From positions 1 to 64,000 of IMG/VR virus record IMGVR_UViG_3300032173_000003: a stretch of DNA of 64,000 nt, one strand, 5' to 3'. The stretch comes from a virus. A program made the position numbers and the translations under genes. The stretch's first letter is position 1. The number at the start of each line of letters is the position of its first letter. This document shows positions 18,612-28,050 of the stretch, piece after piece. Under the pieces are notes generated by a model. That model was not told the origin of the DNA. It did not search any database and saw nothing but the letters and a program-made list of their open reading frames with translations.

Positions 18612-19448
18612 TCAACCTCCTTCCCCTGGGCCGAAAACTGCGATAATTTCCTGAGCTTTTTTGCGACTTTCAGCATTTGCTGAAATAGTCCTTGATACTG
18701 AAATAGAAGTTATCTCAGCTCCCTCGTAGAGTTCCCTTGTAATTTCGCAATCGCTGTTAGTGATAACTACCTTTATGCCCCTGCTTGACAGGTCGTGAGC
18801 TAGCGTGACCAACTCTGTCTGCTGAGCAAAAGAGAACCCGTCAGCGGAATAGCTGGTGAAGTTTGAAGTTGCTGAGGCAGGTACGTAAGGGGGGTCAAAA
18901 AATACTACGTCACCTTCTTCAAGAGTTTCATAGAGTGACCCATCTTCAAAAGATAAAGCCGTAAATGATACAGATTCCTTGCTCTCGAAGAAACTACCAA
19001 ACTCCCTCATTTCCTTCTCCGGAAAATGTGGAGACAGGTACTTACCAAACGGTACATTGAAGCCACCGCTTTTATTGTACCGAGTCAAGCCATTAAAGCA
19101 ATGCCGATTCAAGTAAATAAACAAGCCGGCCCTCTCAACCCCGTAGTCTAACGAATTGAATAAAGCTCTCAGCTCGATAAATTTTTCTTTCCTGTTGTTA
19201 TCAGGAGTAAACCATTCTTGGCATGTACACAAAAATTCCTCAGAGTTTTCACCCGTGAGGATACTGTATACTGCGGTAAGGTCGTTGTTAATATCATTCA
19301 GCACATACTCGCAAGCAGAAAGATTGAGGGCAGCCGCCAGGCTACCCCCAAAAGGCTCACAGTATCGTTTTGGACTACCAACGATGGGGAGTAAGTGAGG
19401 CAGGACCCTGTATTTGTTTCCTGCCCACTTTAAAAAGGGTTTAGGCAT
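18612..19448 (-). CDS. dam: Dam-family (D12 class) DNA adenine methyltransferase
   Basis: KPFLKWAGNK, EPFGGS, YLNRHCFNGL.RYN, FNVPFG, DPPY. Confidence 0.92.
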   Translation of the reverse strand: MPKPFLKWAGNKYRVLPHLLPIVGSPKRYCEPFGGSLAAALNLSACEYVLNDINNDLTAVYSILTGENSEEFLCTCQEWFTPDNNRKEKFIELRALFNSLDYGVERAGLFIYLNRHCFNGLTRYNKSGGFNVPFGKYLSPHFPEKEMREFGSFFESKESVSFTALSFEDGSLYETLEEGDVVFFDPPYVPASATSNFTSYSADGFSFAQQTELVTLAHDLSSRGIKVVITNSDCEITRELYEGAEITSISVSRTISANAESRKKAQEIIAVFGPGEGG

Positions 19449-19929
19449 CAACTTTGTTGTAATATCGGTCTGCAAAGTCTGCAAACTCGATGATTTCTAC
19501 ATCGGGATAACGTTCTTGATTCCGTGCATAGCAGCGGGAAAATTTGTTCTTGGAGAGGAAAGCCTTGCCCCAAGTCATGTTATCGTTGGGGTCGTCAATG
19601 ACGATAATGGCACGTTTCCACCCATACGTGTCACAGGCGTCTTGGAGACACTGGACTTCAGTCAGGAGCTTGTCGTCTACTGAACCAGAAACCGTTTGAG
19701 AGCGGATACTAATAAGTTCCTCCCGTTCAGGGATAACTCCATCGACTCGGAAAGCTCTCCCAGTGATTTTTTCACCGATAATCACTTCCGGAAAATAAGA
19801 GTAGGTGCTAAGATGATTCATCCCGGCAGCAATTGACTTTTCCAGTCGTTGGCGGGGTTTGTACTTCCCGGCGAGAAAGGTAAGTCCATTGCCAATTTCA
19901 AACTCTTGAAGACTAGACTTGCGGGCCAT
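19441..19929 (-). CDS. PD-(D/E)XK-like nuclease
   Basis: FRVDGVI...ISIRSQTVSGSVDDKL; overlaps the dam start. Confidence 0.55.
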   Translation of the reverse strand: MARKSSLQEFEIGNGLTFLAGKYKPRQRLEKSIAAGMNHLSTYSYFPEVIIGEKITGRAFRVDGVIPEREELISIRSQTVSGSVDDKLLTEVQCLQDACDTYGWKRAIIVIDDPNDNMTWGKAFLSKNKFSRCYARNQERYPDVEIIEFADFADRYYNKVDA

Positions 19930-21069
19930 TGGTTTTGTGTAATGTAGTGTTAAAATAGTTTACTGACTTTGCGGTCAGCTGACCTTATTGTAGCGGCTTC
20001 AGAGGTATAGTAAAGGTGGAGTCAGGCAGCCTTTTGGCTGCAAACGTGAATGGTCGCAGTCTCCAGCAAGGTACCATCGGGCAGCTCACACAGTAGAGAG
20101 CTGGTGAAGCCCCGCGCCTTGCGTCCTTTGACCGTCACGATACCTTCTAGCTGGTAGCCGCTCTCATAGCAGCCTGAGAGGGTCCTGGGACCATACAGAG
20201 TATAGGTCTCAACCCAACCTAGGCTGTTAAACTTGGCACTGACAGCAGGGGCCATGTATCGGATCGGAACATTCCACATTCCTACTGTCTCAAGCTCCCC
20301 ACGCTGGTCCTCAAGGTTGGGGGATATGTATTGCTGCCATTGCTCCACTGTGAGCTTCAGTGCGCCCCCAGTCATCGTCAGGGTTAGCGGAGGGAGCCGC
20401 TTGGAGAGGGAGCTGGTGCGAGGCTTGTTAAGGGTTGCGATCACGGTGGTTGCCAGGGTGCAGGAATTTAAAGATTGTAGCATACTGAGGGTGGGCTCAA
20501 CCCAACCCCAAGTCAGAAGCCGGGGTAAATAACCATCTCAACCTTGAGGGGAGACTTCCGGTTTTTGTGCCTACGGAAAGCATAGTTGTCGTCCGTGTAC
20601 ATTTGCTCGATGCGGGAGTTATCCTCAATGATGGCCTCAGAGCTGATACGTTCACGGGCAGCAAATTTGCGGTCCCTGGAAATCTGAGCACGGTAGATGG
20701 TGGAAGAAGAGCGAGCCACAGGGATCTCCAGACGAGGTAAAGGTGGCGGTTGCCCGCCACTTAAAGTATTGTAGGGCATAGAAGGCCCCGGTGTCAACCT
20801 ATGATCTTAGCCAGGTAGGTAGCTTGAGTCTTGCTGCGAGCGGCAGCCTTGCGGGTGTGCTTTGCCTTGGCAACCACCGTGGGTGGAACTACCAGGACTT
20901 CATTGGCCCAGGCAAGCAGTTGCTTACGGTCCATTGCCGGGGTAGGGTAGCTAAGGATTTGGTAGAAGTTTCCTTTAACCCTTTCAACAGGGTTGCGACG
21001 ACCGATTACGGTCTGAACTTGGGCGATGGTGGTGAGTTTCATTGTTTTCGGGGGGGAGTAAAGTTCGTA

Positions 21070-21402
21070 TCAACGAACCATGGAAGGATTCCGTTCGGCT
21101 GCAGTCAGTGCAGGGTGGAAACGGTCGCTTTCATAGTCGCTTTCATCTTCCTCGGGCAAGTAGACCGTCAAGGTGTAGCTGCCTCCTTTATTATCGAAGG
21201 CAACCAGAGTTTCTTCCAGGTCAGAGAAGTGGCAGAAGTCGTCATCAAATTCACCCTCAAGGTGAAAGTAGAGAGTCTCTTTGCTATTGCAGGAGTCGCC
21301 AAGGCGAACGTCACAGAGAGGGTGGTCGGTAACGGTGACACCTTGAAGGGCTTCCTTAAGAGTCTCAGGCTGCCAATTGTCGGAGGAGTCGTAGAAAGCC
21401 AT
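21070..21402 (-). CDS. acidic hypothetical protein
   Basis: Own promoter at about 21431; ends ALTAAERNPS. Confidence 0.6.
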   Translation of the reverse strand: MAFYDSSDNWQPETLKEALQGVTVTDHPLCDVRLGDSCNSKETLYFHLEGEFDDDFCHFSDLEETLVAFDNKGGSYTLTVYLPEEDESDYESDRFHPALTAAERNPSMVR

Positions 21403-21475
21403 GGGAGAGGCGTTTGGCGGTTACTTAAGTATTGTAAGGGGTGGGGGGCTGCTGTCAACCCCCCCTGCCGCTGGC

Positions 21476-21841
21476 TCAGAACTTGAGCGTAGGCACAAAG
21501 TTATCAAAGACAAGGTCAGCGATATTTTCCACCTCCTTTGCAAACGAGATGGTGTTAGGGATTGCCACGGTTTGCGCCCAGGGAGTAGCCACAGTAGTCA
21601 ACCAGTGGTTGACTGCGGTGAAGGCAGCTTTTAACTTTTCGGCAACAAAATCAACGACCTTTGCGGTCTGTTCCTTGCCACCGTTCAACCACCAGACTTG
21701 AGCACGTTCAAACAGAACTTGAGCGATGGCAGCAGCAAACAGAGCTACGGTAACGATTTGGTTGGCAATCTTGCGGTATTCAATTTTCTGGAGCATGGCG
21801 ACGAGGGCGTCAGCCGGGGGGAAAGACTTGGTGAGTTCCAT
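21476..21841 (-). CDS. cyanophage hypothetical protein
   Basis: MELTKSFPPADAL start; own promoter at 21888. Confidence 0.65.
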   Translation of the reverse strand: MELTKSFPPADALVAMLQKIEYRKIANQIVTVALFAAAIAQVLFERAQVWWLNGGKEQTAKVVDFVAEKLKAAFTAVNHWLTTVATPWAQTVAIPNTISFAKEVENIADLVFDNFVPTLKF

Positions 21842-21964
21842 TTTAGGTTGGGGGAAGGGGAATTGAAAGGCGTCCCTGCCACTCCTTAATTATGCCACAC
21901 TTGGTCGTTGGTGTCAAGGGCAGTGTGCCAGTGGCGAGACTGGCACCTTAACCCCGAGATTAAA

Positions 21965-22336
21965 TCACCCTTTGCGCCCCATCCTGCCCTGGTAATCATT
22001 CATAACGAACCAGACATCGAGAGCAGCATTATGGTAGTCATTGTCTTCAATGGCGTTCTTGAAGTTGTCATAGTCAATGTTTTGAATCTCGTTAAGCATT
22101 GCGTTAGCTACAACATCACGGTTTACCCAGGCCCGGAAAGCATAGTCACTTCCGGCGGCACTGAATACCTTGGCATCTTCAAAGACATTCTCAATGTCTC
22201 CTGCACGGCGAGCACGGACTAGAAGCCTGTCGCCATTGACATCTCCCCGATCAGAAACGATTGATAGGAAAGCGTTCTTAGTAAAAATCCACATTTGGTT
22301 AAGGGAAAAGTCAGTTTCGTAACTATTGTAGCACAT
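21965..22336 (-). CDS. conserved hypothetical phage protein
   Basis: MWIFT..AFLSIV, LLVRARR.GDIE, DY.FRA, IDYDNFK; start probably at MWIFT. Confidence 0.7.
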   Translation of the reverse strand: MCYNSYETDFSLNQMWIFTKNAFLSIVSDRGDVNGDRLLVRARRAGDIENVFEDAKVFSAAGSDYAFRAWVNRDVVANAMLNEIQNIDYDNFKNAIEDNDYHNAALDVWFVMNDYQGRMGRKG

Positions 22337-22426
22337 TGGGGGTCGGTCGTCAACCCTTAGAAAGTTTCAACAAAGTAGTAAGGAGCATGACCCCCACCGT
22401 TAAACCTGCAATGTAAATACTCACGG

Positions 22427-22786
22427 TCAGTCTCGTTTCAAGCGGTCATTGCCCTCATTGTGGAAGAAATCGACTAATTCATCCAGATCTTGAATACCTA
22501 CCAAGTGGTTGGATGGGTCAGGGTCCCCTAGATCCAAATCTTGGAGGAAGCTATCCAAGCTATCTTTTTTCGGAACACCTTGGAAAGCAGTACGCAAAGC
22601 ATTACGAATAATCTTTCCTGCGTGAGCATTGTGCTTAGCCCACTTATCTGCCCACACCCTCTCGGTAAAGGATACAGGTTCACCGCTCTCCAGTCGTCTG
22701 GCAATTTCCTCAAGCCGTAGCCTTACTTCGGTAGAAATCATAGCTGTCAATAGCAAACTGGTTTGAATCTGATAGGATTTACCCAC
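22427..22786 (-). CDS. cyanophage hypothetical protein
   Basis: MISTEVRLRLEEIA...LDLGDPDPSNH. Confidence 0.65.
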   Translation of the reverse strand: MGKSYQIQTSLLLTAMISTEVRLRLEEIARRLESGEPVSFTERVWADKWAKHNAHAGKIIRNALRTAFQGVPKKDSLDSFLQDLDLGDPDPSNHLVGIQDLDELVDFFHNEGNDRLKRD

Positions 22787-22795
22787 GCTTTTCAG

Positions 22796-22956
22796 GTGGA
22801 ACCAAGTTTTGATAATTATGGTAGGAAGTCAAGACAGAATTTTTCCATCAGCTCACTTGCTACACTGCGGACGAAAATTTTTATCTGTGCGGGAATCTCT
22901 GGGGGAAACTTTTTGTAGCGTCGTTTTCGGGCAAAATTATCAAAACTTGGTTCCAC
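22796..22956. repeat. 161-bp element with terminal inverted repeats (copy 2)
   Basis: GTGGAACCAAGTTTTGATAATTATG ... CAAAATTATCAAAACTTGGTTCCAC; same length as copy 1. Confidence 0.9.
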
Positions 22957-22965
22957 TGCCCATAG

Positions 22966-22995
22966 AAAAAACCCCCGGAGGTTAATCCAGGGGTT
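22966..22995 (-). terminator. rho-independent terminator
   Basis: AACCCCTGGA TTAACC TCCGGGG TTTTT on the minus strand. Confidence 0.65.
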
Positions 22996-23011
22996 CAATG
23001 ACCGGCAGCAG

Positions 23012-23479
23012 TCAGTTCTTGACCATCTGCTTTTTGTTAGGGTTGTGGATGGTAGCCACATAGACCCGACCTTTCTGGGCACGAGCGGAGACGGCTTTGT
23101 TGCGGTAAAAGGCAAAGGTTTTCTTTGTGGTAGAGGGCGCTTTGGCCACCACCGCTGCGAACTCGGCAGCTTTGACCTTAGCTTTGACCAGTTCGGTAAC
23201 TCGCTTCAACTCCAGGGCAGCAGCAGCCACTTCGGGGAACTGGGAGAAGTCAAAGACTTCCTGCTCCTTGACCTGAACGTAACCGTAGAGGGTCTCCACC
23301 TTCTTGAGGTTCTGAGTTTCCATCTGGGCACCGATCTGGTCCCGCAGAGTTTCCTTCTGGGTGGTTAGGGTAGCGATCCGCTCTTCCAGGGAGCTGAGAC
23401 GACGGACCTGGGTATCGAAGTTCATTGGGGTGTCGTGTTGACTGAACCTATTGTAAACCATGGTTCCTGCCGGTGTCAA
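23012..23479 (-). CDS. hypothetical coiled-coil basic protein
   Basis: Start probably MNFDTQ, after the promoter at about 23449. Confidence 0.65.
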   Translation of the reverse strand: MTPAGTMVYNRFSQHDTPMNFDTQVRRLSSLEERIATLTTQKETLRDQIGAQMETQNLKKVETLYGYVQVKEQEVFDFSQFPEVAAAALELKRVTELVKAKVKAAEFAAVVAKAPSTTKKTFAFYRNKAVSARAQKGRVYVATIHNPNKKQMVKN

Positions 23480-23511
23480 TACCCTTGTCCCTGTGTCTTG
23501 ATTTCCTGTCT

Positions 23512-23916
23512 CTACTGCTTTACTCGGATACAGGAAACACCTGTCTCTTTTTCCACAGCCTTGCAGTTTTCCTCCTTATCGTCATACATTACGATGTTGT
23601 CTCCGTAGTTTTTTCTAAGGATGTTAATCTGTTCGACTTTGACTTCAGGGTCAGGGCGCGAGTCTCCGTGGCCACGCATTAGAACGTGCTTGGGTTTGAG
23701 GCCCATCTTCTTCAACCAAGTTTCCGTAAGCTTCCTTGACTTTTCGTCACGAGCCGTAGTTATTACGACGGTACCTTCTGAGGGGCGTTGAAAGAACAGG
23801 GCCAGATTAAGAATCTTGTCGTTAGGCTCCAAGTCTAAAATGTCCACTCCGGGTTGATTGATTTTGGTCAACGTTTTGTCAACGTCAAAAGCATAGACGG
23901 TAGGACTTTTCGCCAT
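23512..23916 (-). CDS. HAD-family polynucleotide 3'-phosphatase (PseT C-terminal-like)
   Basis: FDVDKTL, ITTAR, LMR..GD.RPD.EVK, YDDK. Confidence 0.8.
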   Translation of the reverse strand: MAKSPTVYAFDVDKTLTKINQPGVDILDLEPNDKILNLALFFQRPSEGTVVITTARDEKSRKLTETWLKKMGLKPKHVLMRGHGDSRPDPEVKVEQINILRKNYGDNIVMYDDKEENCKAVEKETGVSCIRVKQ

Positions 23917-24585
23917 GGTGACCGGGGGTATGAGGATGTAAGTAAGTTTACCCGTATACTCAAACTAGCTTAGCCTGAAGCTTGTCCAACTGTTGGAGCA
24001 AGTCATTCATCTTTTTTGCTTCTGCAACAGCGTGGTCAAGTTGATTGCGGGTCACATATGTAGTAACAATTTGACTTTGAGTGGAGCGATAGGTGCCAGC
24101 AAAGGACTCTACGCACTGGGATAAAATTAGCCAATCGTTGTTGGATAGGTTAACAGAACGAAAAATTTCTTCGGCCTCATCAGATTGAGGCACATTGACT
24201 ACGATGGAACTCATGTTGAAGCGTCAGATAGGTACTGTTTATGAAGCTGATTCAGAAAAAGGAACCCTTTATACTTGGCAAACACTTCTACAGGGTGCCA
24301 GTTATTAAAGTACCTAGATGACAAATACCACCTACCATCCTGAGACTTATAAACCTTGCCGCAGATTTTCCGGGTTTTTAGATCTTTGTATAAGACAAAG
24401 GAAGGAAGGTTAGTTTCAATGTACAGTGGGGACAAGTAAACAGCAGGTTCGTTCATAGTTCTTTATAAGAAAGTTTCAAACCGAGAAAAATAAACCCCAG
24501 AGCAAAATCTACTGAGGGGTTATAGGAATGGTCAAGTAACCAAGACCCAATACCAAAAATAAAGAAGAAGGTGGGAATCCACATA

Positions 24586-25293
24586 TCAACGGTAAAGGGG
24601 ATTAGCTGGCTTGACAATTTGATGGTAAGTGTCTTGGGTGGCATTATAAGTGGTCAGGATGCCGGTGTAAAAGGCACCAGTATCAATACCTACTCGTTGA
24701 TTGCCCACATCGGGCAAATTTTCTTGGATCGAGTGACCGTGAACAACTTTTTTAATGGTGTTGGTCCACTTATCAAGTTTGGGACCCAGTGTAAGGAAAG
24801 GTTCACGAATCCATACCAGTTTGTCTAGACCCGTATCATTCAGGGTAACCTGCGGGTCAACCCCCGGTACAACGCCAGCGTGGACGAACATAGTGTCGCC
24901 AACCGTAATCATTGCGGGCAGGCTATGTAGCCAACCTAGGTGGTTCCGGCTCATGTCAAGGATTTTTTCAATATTACCACCGTTGCCAATCCAGTCGGTC
25001 ATTGAATACCTGTCGGTCTCTAGCATAGCATCAATGAACAATTGTTCATGGTTGCCCCTAACCATGCTAAAGCTTTCCAGTCCCCAAGCCTCAGGGTCAT
25101 CTAGAAGGGTTTTGATACGGTCAAGGACGTCCATATCTTCCCCACCCCTGTCGATTACGTCGCCCAGCAGAATAACTCTGGCACCCGACCCTTTGACCCA
25201 CTCAAGAAATCCGTCAAGGATATCGTAACGTGCGTGGATATCGCCAACAGCAATAACATCGCCGGGATTTATTTTTTCTGTAAAGTTAATCAT
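24586..25293 (-). CDS. calcineurin-like metallophosphoesterase (Ser/Thr phosphatase-like)
   Basis: GDIH, GDVIDRG, RGNHE, HAG, VHGH, IDTG. Confidence 0.88.
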   Translation of the reverse strand: MINFTEKINPGDVIAVGDIHARYDILDGFLEWVKGSGARVILLGDVIDRGGEDMDVLDRIKTLLDDPEAWGLESFSMVRGNHEQLFIDAMLETDRYSMTDWIGNGGNIEKILDMSRNHLGWLHSLPAMITVGDTMFVHAGVVPGVDPQVTLNDTGLDKLVWIREPFLTLGPKLDKWTNTIKKVVHGHSIQENLPDVGNQRVGIDTGAFYTGILTTYNATQDTYHQIVKPANPLYR

Positions 25294-25317
25294 TTAGTCC
25301 ACCTCCTGGGTCAGACT

Positions 25318-25773
25318 TCAGTTATGTATGTATTGTACCACGGAAAAACCTTCCTTGTCAACCCCCCTCAAGGATGCCAGTAAGCTCTGGAACATCTTGT
25401 TGATAACATGCTCTGGGACTTGACGGGAACGGGCAGCGTTGCGGGATAGGCAGTCTGCTAGCGGGGTGTTGACTATCACAGCTTCCACCTCGGAATACCC
25501 GTAGCTTTGAAGCAAGGTCAGGGCGTCTCTCCGGTAGCTAGCGCGATAGTGAGTACCGTCCATGATAATGGTGCGGCCTACGTTCTCTTCCAAGGTTTCA
25601 ACGATTTTGTCATGGATCTCCACCCAGTTGCCCTGAATGTTGGCATCACCGTAGAGTTGCTCACGGATGGTATCGCCGCAGATTACTACAGCACCTGGGT
25701 GCTCGGCTTTCAGTTTTTCAGAATGGGTTGATTTGCCGGAGCCTGGCGCCCCAACCATTACAAATGCTTTCAT
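25318..25773 (-). CDS. P-loop polynucleotide kinase-like (AAA_33)
   Basis: MVGAPGSGKST, DTIR, IMDGT, RNAARSRQVP. Confidence 0.85.
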   Translation of the reverse strand: MKAFVMVGAPGSGKSTHSEKLKAEHPGAVVICGDTIREQLYGDANIQGNWVEIHDKIVETLEENVGRTIIMDGTHYRASYRRDALTLLQSYGYSEVEAVIVNTPLADCLSRNAARSRQVPEHVINKMFQSLLASLRGVDKEGFSVVQYIHN

Positions 25774-26362
25774 TGTTCTTGTTTCAATAAAGACCGGGCC
25801 ACGGGGCCTCAACTATACTAGCATCCTTGGTCAAGTACTTCACAGTTTCCGGGTAAACTTGGCAGACTACCCAGAAGATGCAAAATCTGTTAGATGCCCT
25901 TGTCACATCCTTCACAAGCCAGCCGCTTTGCTTAGCAAAAGAGATGGCATCTTTTTTAAGGGCAAAAGTTGCCAAACCTTGCTCACGCAAGCTGGTTCCG
26001 GCTTTGCCCCTATGGTCGAGATCGCGCATATTGAGAAAGGGATGGTGCAGGGTAGCCCCTGCTCTCATCCCCATTGTAGCACGGTTAGGCCGTCAGTATC
26101 CAGCGTTCAGAAAGAACTGATACTTGTCTAACCAATTGACTAACGGGTTAGAGTCTTGTATGACATCATCACTTTGATTGACAAAGTTTTTGACAACCCA
26201 AATAATTTCTCTGAACTCTTGGTTACTCCAACACGGTTCCTTAAGTGGCACTTCTAAGTTAGGAGTTTTTTGCAAGAGAAGGTAAAGTTCTCTCTGTAGT
26301 GCCAAAAGCCTACCAGAGTTCATGGTCCCTAAACTAAAGGTTGAAAGGTTTTACCCCCCCCC

Positions 26363-26635
26363 TTAGGCATCGACCGGCAGCGGGCCACCCGCAGCAACCG
26401 CACCTTCAACACCTTCAACACCCTCAGGGTCAAGGTCAAGGTCGGTAATGTACAAGTCAAGCAAGTCACGGTAGCCAGCATCTACTACGGACTTGGCGAG
26501 GTCTTCAACGCTAAGTTCGTTAACGGCTGCGGTTACGGCTTCACCGTAGACCCTAACCAATTCACGAATAGGTGCGTTTGAGATTACTCTAGATACAAGA
26601 ACATCAGTCAGTTCTTCTCTTTTTTCGATTTTCAT
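26363..26635 (-). CDS. hypothetical protein
   Basis: ATG ORF, acidic tail. Confidence 0.6.
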   Translation of the reverse strand: MKIEKREELTDVLVSRVISNAPIRELVRVYGEAVTAAVNELSVEDLAKSVVDAGYRDLLDLYITDLDLDPEGVEGVEGAVAAGGPLPVDA

Positions 26636-26731
26636 AGTTTTTTGTCAATGAGTGATAACGGCCCCTAGAGATTACTATAGGTTAGGGTACCGTAACGGAA
26701 AAGGGGGGGATTTGAACCCCCGGAGGCACCT

Positions 26732-27559
26732 TTAGTACCTCGGCGGTTTTCGAAACCGCTGCTTTAAGCCTCTCAGCCACCTTTCCAAGTGTCTAATAAT
26801 TGGGAGTGAAATCAACAGGCCCGATGACGACAGTTGTTCAACGGGCTCACTAGTTCCAAACGTAGGGGTAATTCGTCCTTTCCAGTTGAGGCCGAGTCCT
26901 GGTTGGCTTTCCAGGTGAATGACAACAATTTCCGGTAGCAGTTCTCTTCTCTCTCTGGACCATTTTTTACAATGGAGTACGTCTGTACGGTCGGCAAACC
27001 CGTGTTTATCCGGGTAACGAAATACACCTGAACTTTTTGGGTTCCATAGTTGGAAATACCCAATAGGCTCATATCCGCCTAGTGGAGTCTTATACTCTGC
27101 AATACGTACTCCAACGGGGAATTTAGTCAGATGAATAAATATCCAAGAATCTTGAATTGGGGTGGGGCAGTTTACAAACTTTTGCCACTCCTCAAAACTA
27201 GGGCACATTAGGCGGTCTGCCCCATATATTTTCTTACCACGTAAAGGTAAGGACTCTAGAATAGACCTTGTTTGCGGGGGGAGGTAAATGTCAGCATCTA
27301 GATGAATCACCCAACCATCTAAACTAAGGTTTTTCAGCCCCTTATTAATGCCTTTACCTTTGTTGAAGACGTCGCCACCCTCGTAAAAGGCGTCTGTCTG
27401 AACACACTCCACATTGTAGTATTCGCACAATGCCTTTGTACGTCTATCTTCAAGGTCTGTAACAACTACCAGTCTGTCAAACTGATTTCGTGTACTTGGC
27501 AAAGTATGGGCCAAAAAGTCTGAATAATTGACGCATACTATAACAGCTTCTAGCTTCAT
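26732..27559 (-). CDS. GT-A fold glycosyltransferase (family 2-like)
   Basis: VIVCVNYSDFL, FNKGKGIN, HLDADI (DxD). Confidence 0.75.
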   Translation of the reverse strand: MKLEAVIVCVNYSDFLAHTLPSTRNQFDRLVVVTDLEDRRTKALCEYYNVECVQTDAFYEGGDVFNKGKGINKGLKNLSLDGWVIHLDADIYLPPQTRSILESLPLRGKKIYGADRLMCPSFEEWQKFVNCPTPIQDSWIFIHLTKFPVGVRIAEYKTPLGGYEPIGYFQLWNPKSSGVFRYPDKHGFADRTDVLHCKKWSRERRELLPEIVVIHLESQPGLGLNWKGRITPTFGTSEPVEQLSSSGLLISLPIIRHLERWLRGLKQRFRKPPRY

Positions 27560-27944
27560 TAGTTAATGTGCCTTTGAATTTTTTCTTCCTTTGTGGTACT
27601 CTAGTTTAATCCAGCTTAGTAAAGCCTGTGTATTTGCGACTTTTGCCGAATCTACCTCACAGTTTTTACCCTTCAATACACCGAGGTAATGATCTAGAGC
27701 TTCAATAGCAAGTTCGTGGTCTTGTAGAGAAATGAGAGACATCAGGGTGCATTCCATAGTGGGCGTGGAGCTAGCTTAGCCTTTTCAATTTTTACCCCCT
27801 CTACCTCCCTTTGTGCCGTCGCCAATTTCCTGGGACTCATCTGAGCTTCCCACTCTTTAGCCAAATCGCTCATGTCAATGTTGGATAGGTTTTTCATTTT
27901 GGACAGGGGATTAAGGTTTTGGCCAAAGGGTAAACCCGTGGCAA

Positions 27945-28017
27945 TGCTCCTTGCGAGGATCGAACTTGCCTTAGGCGAATTAGGAGTTCGCTGCATTCGC
28001 CAGATTGCTAAAGGAGC
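27945..28017 (-). tRNA. tRNA with CCT anticodon (nominally Arg)
   Basis: Acceptor GCTCCTT/AAGGAGC; anticodon arm GCGAA CT-CCT-AA TTCGC; T-loop TTCGATC. Confidence 0.85.
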
Positions 28018-28050
28018 TTTGACCCTATTATAGCATCTCTCCGGGGAAGG

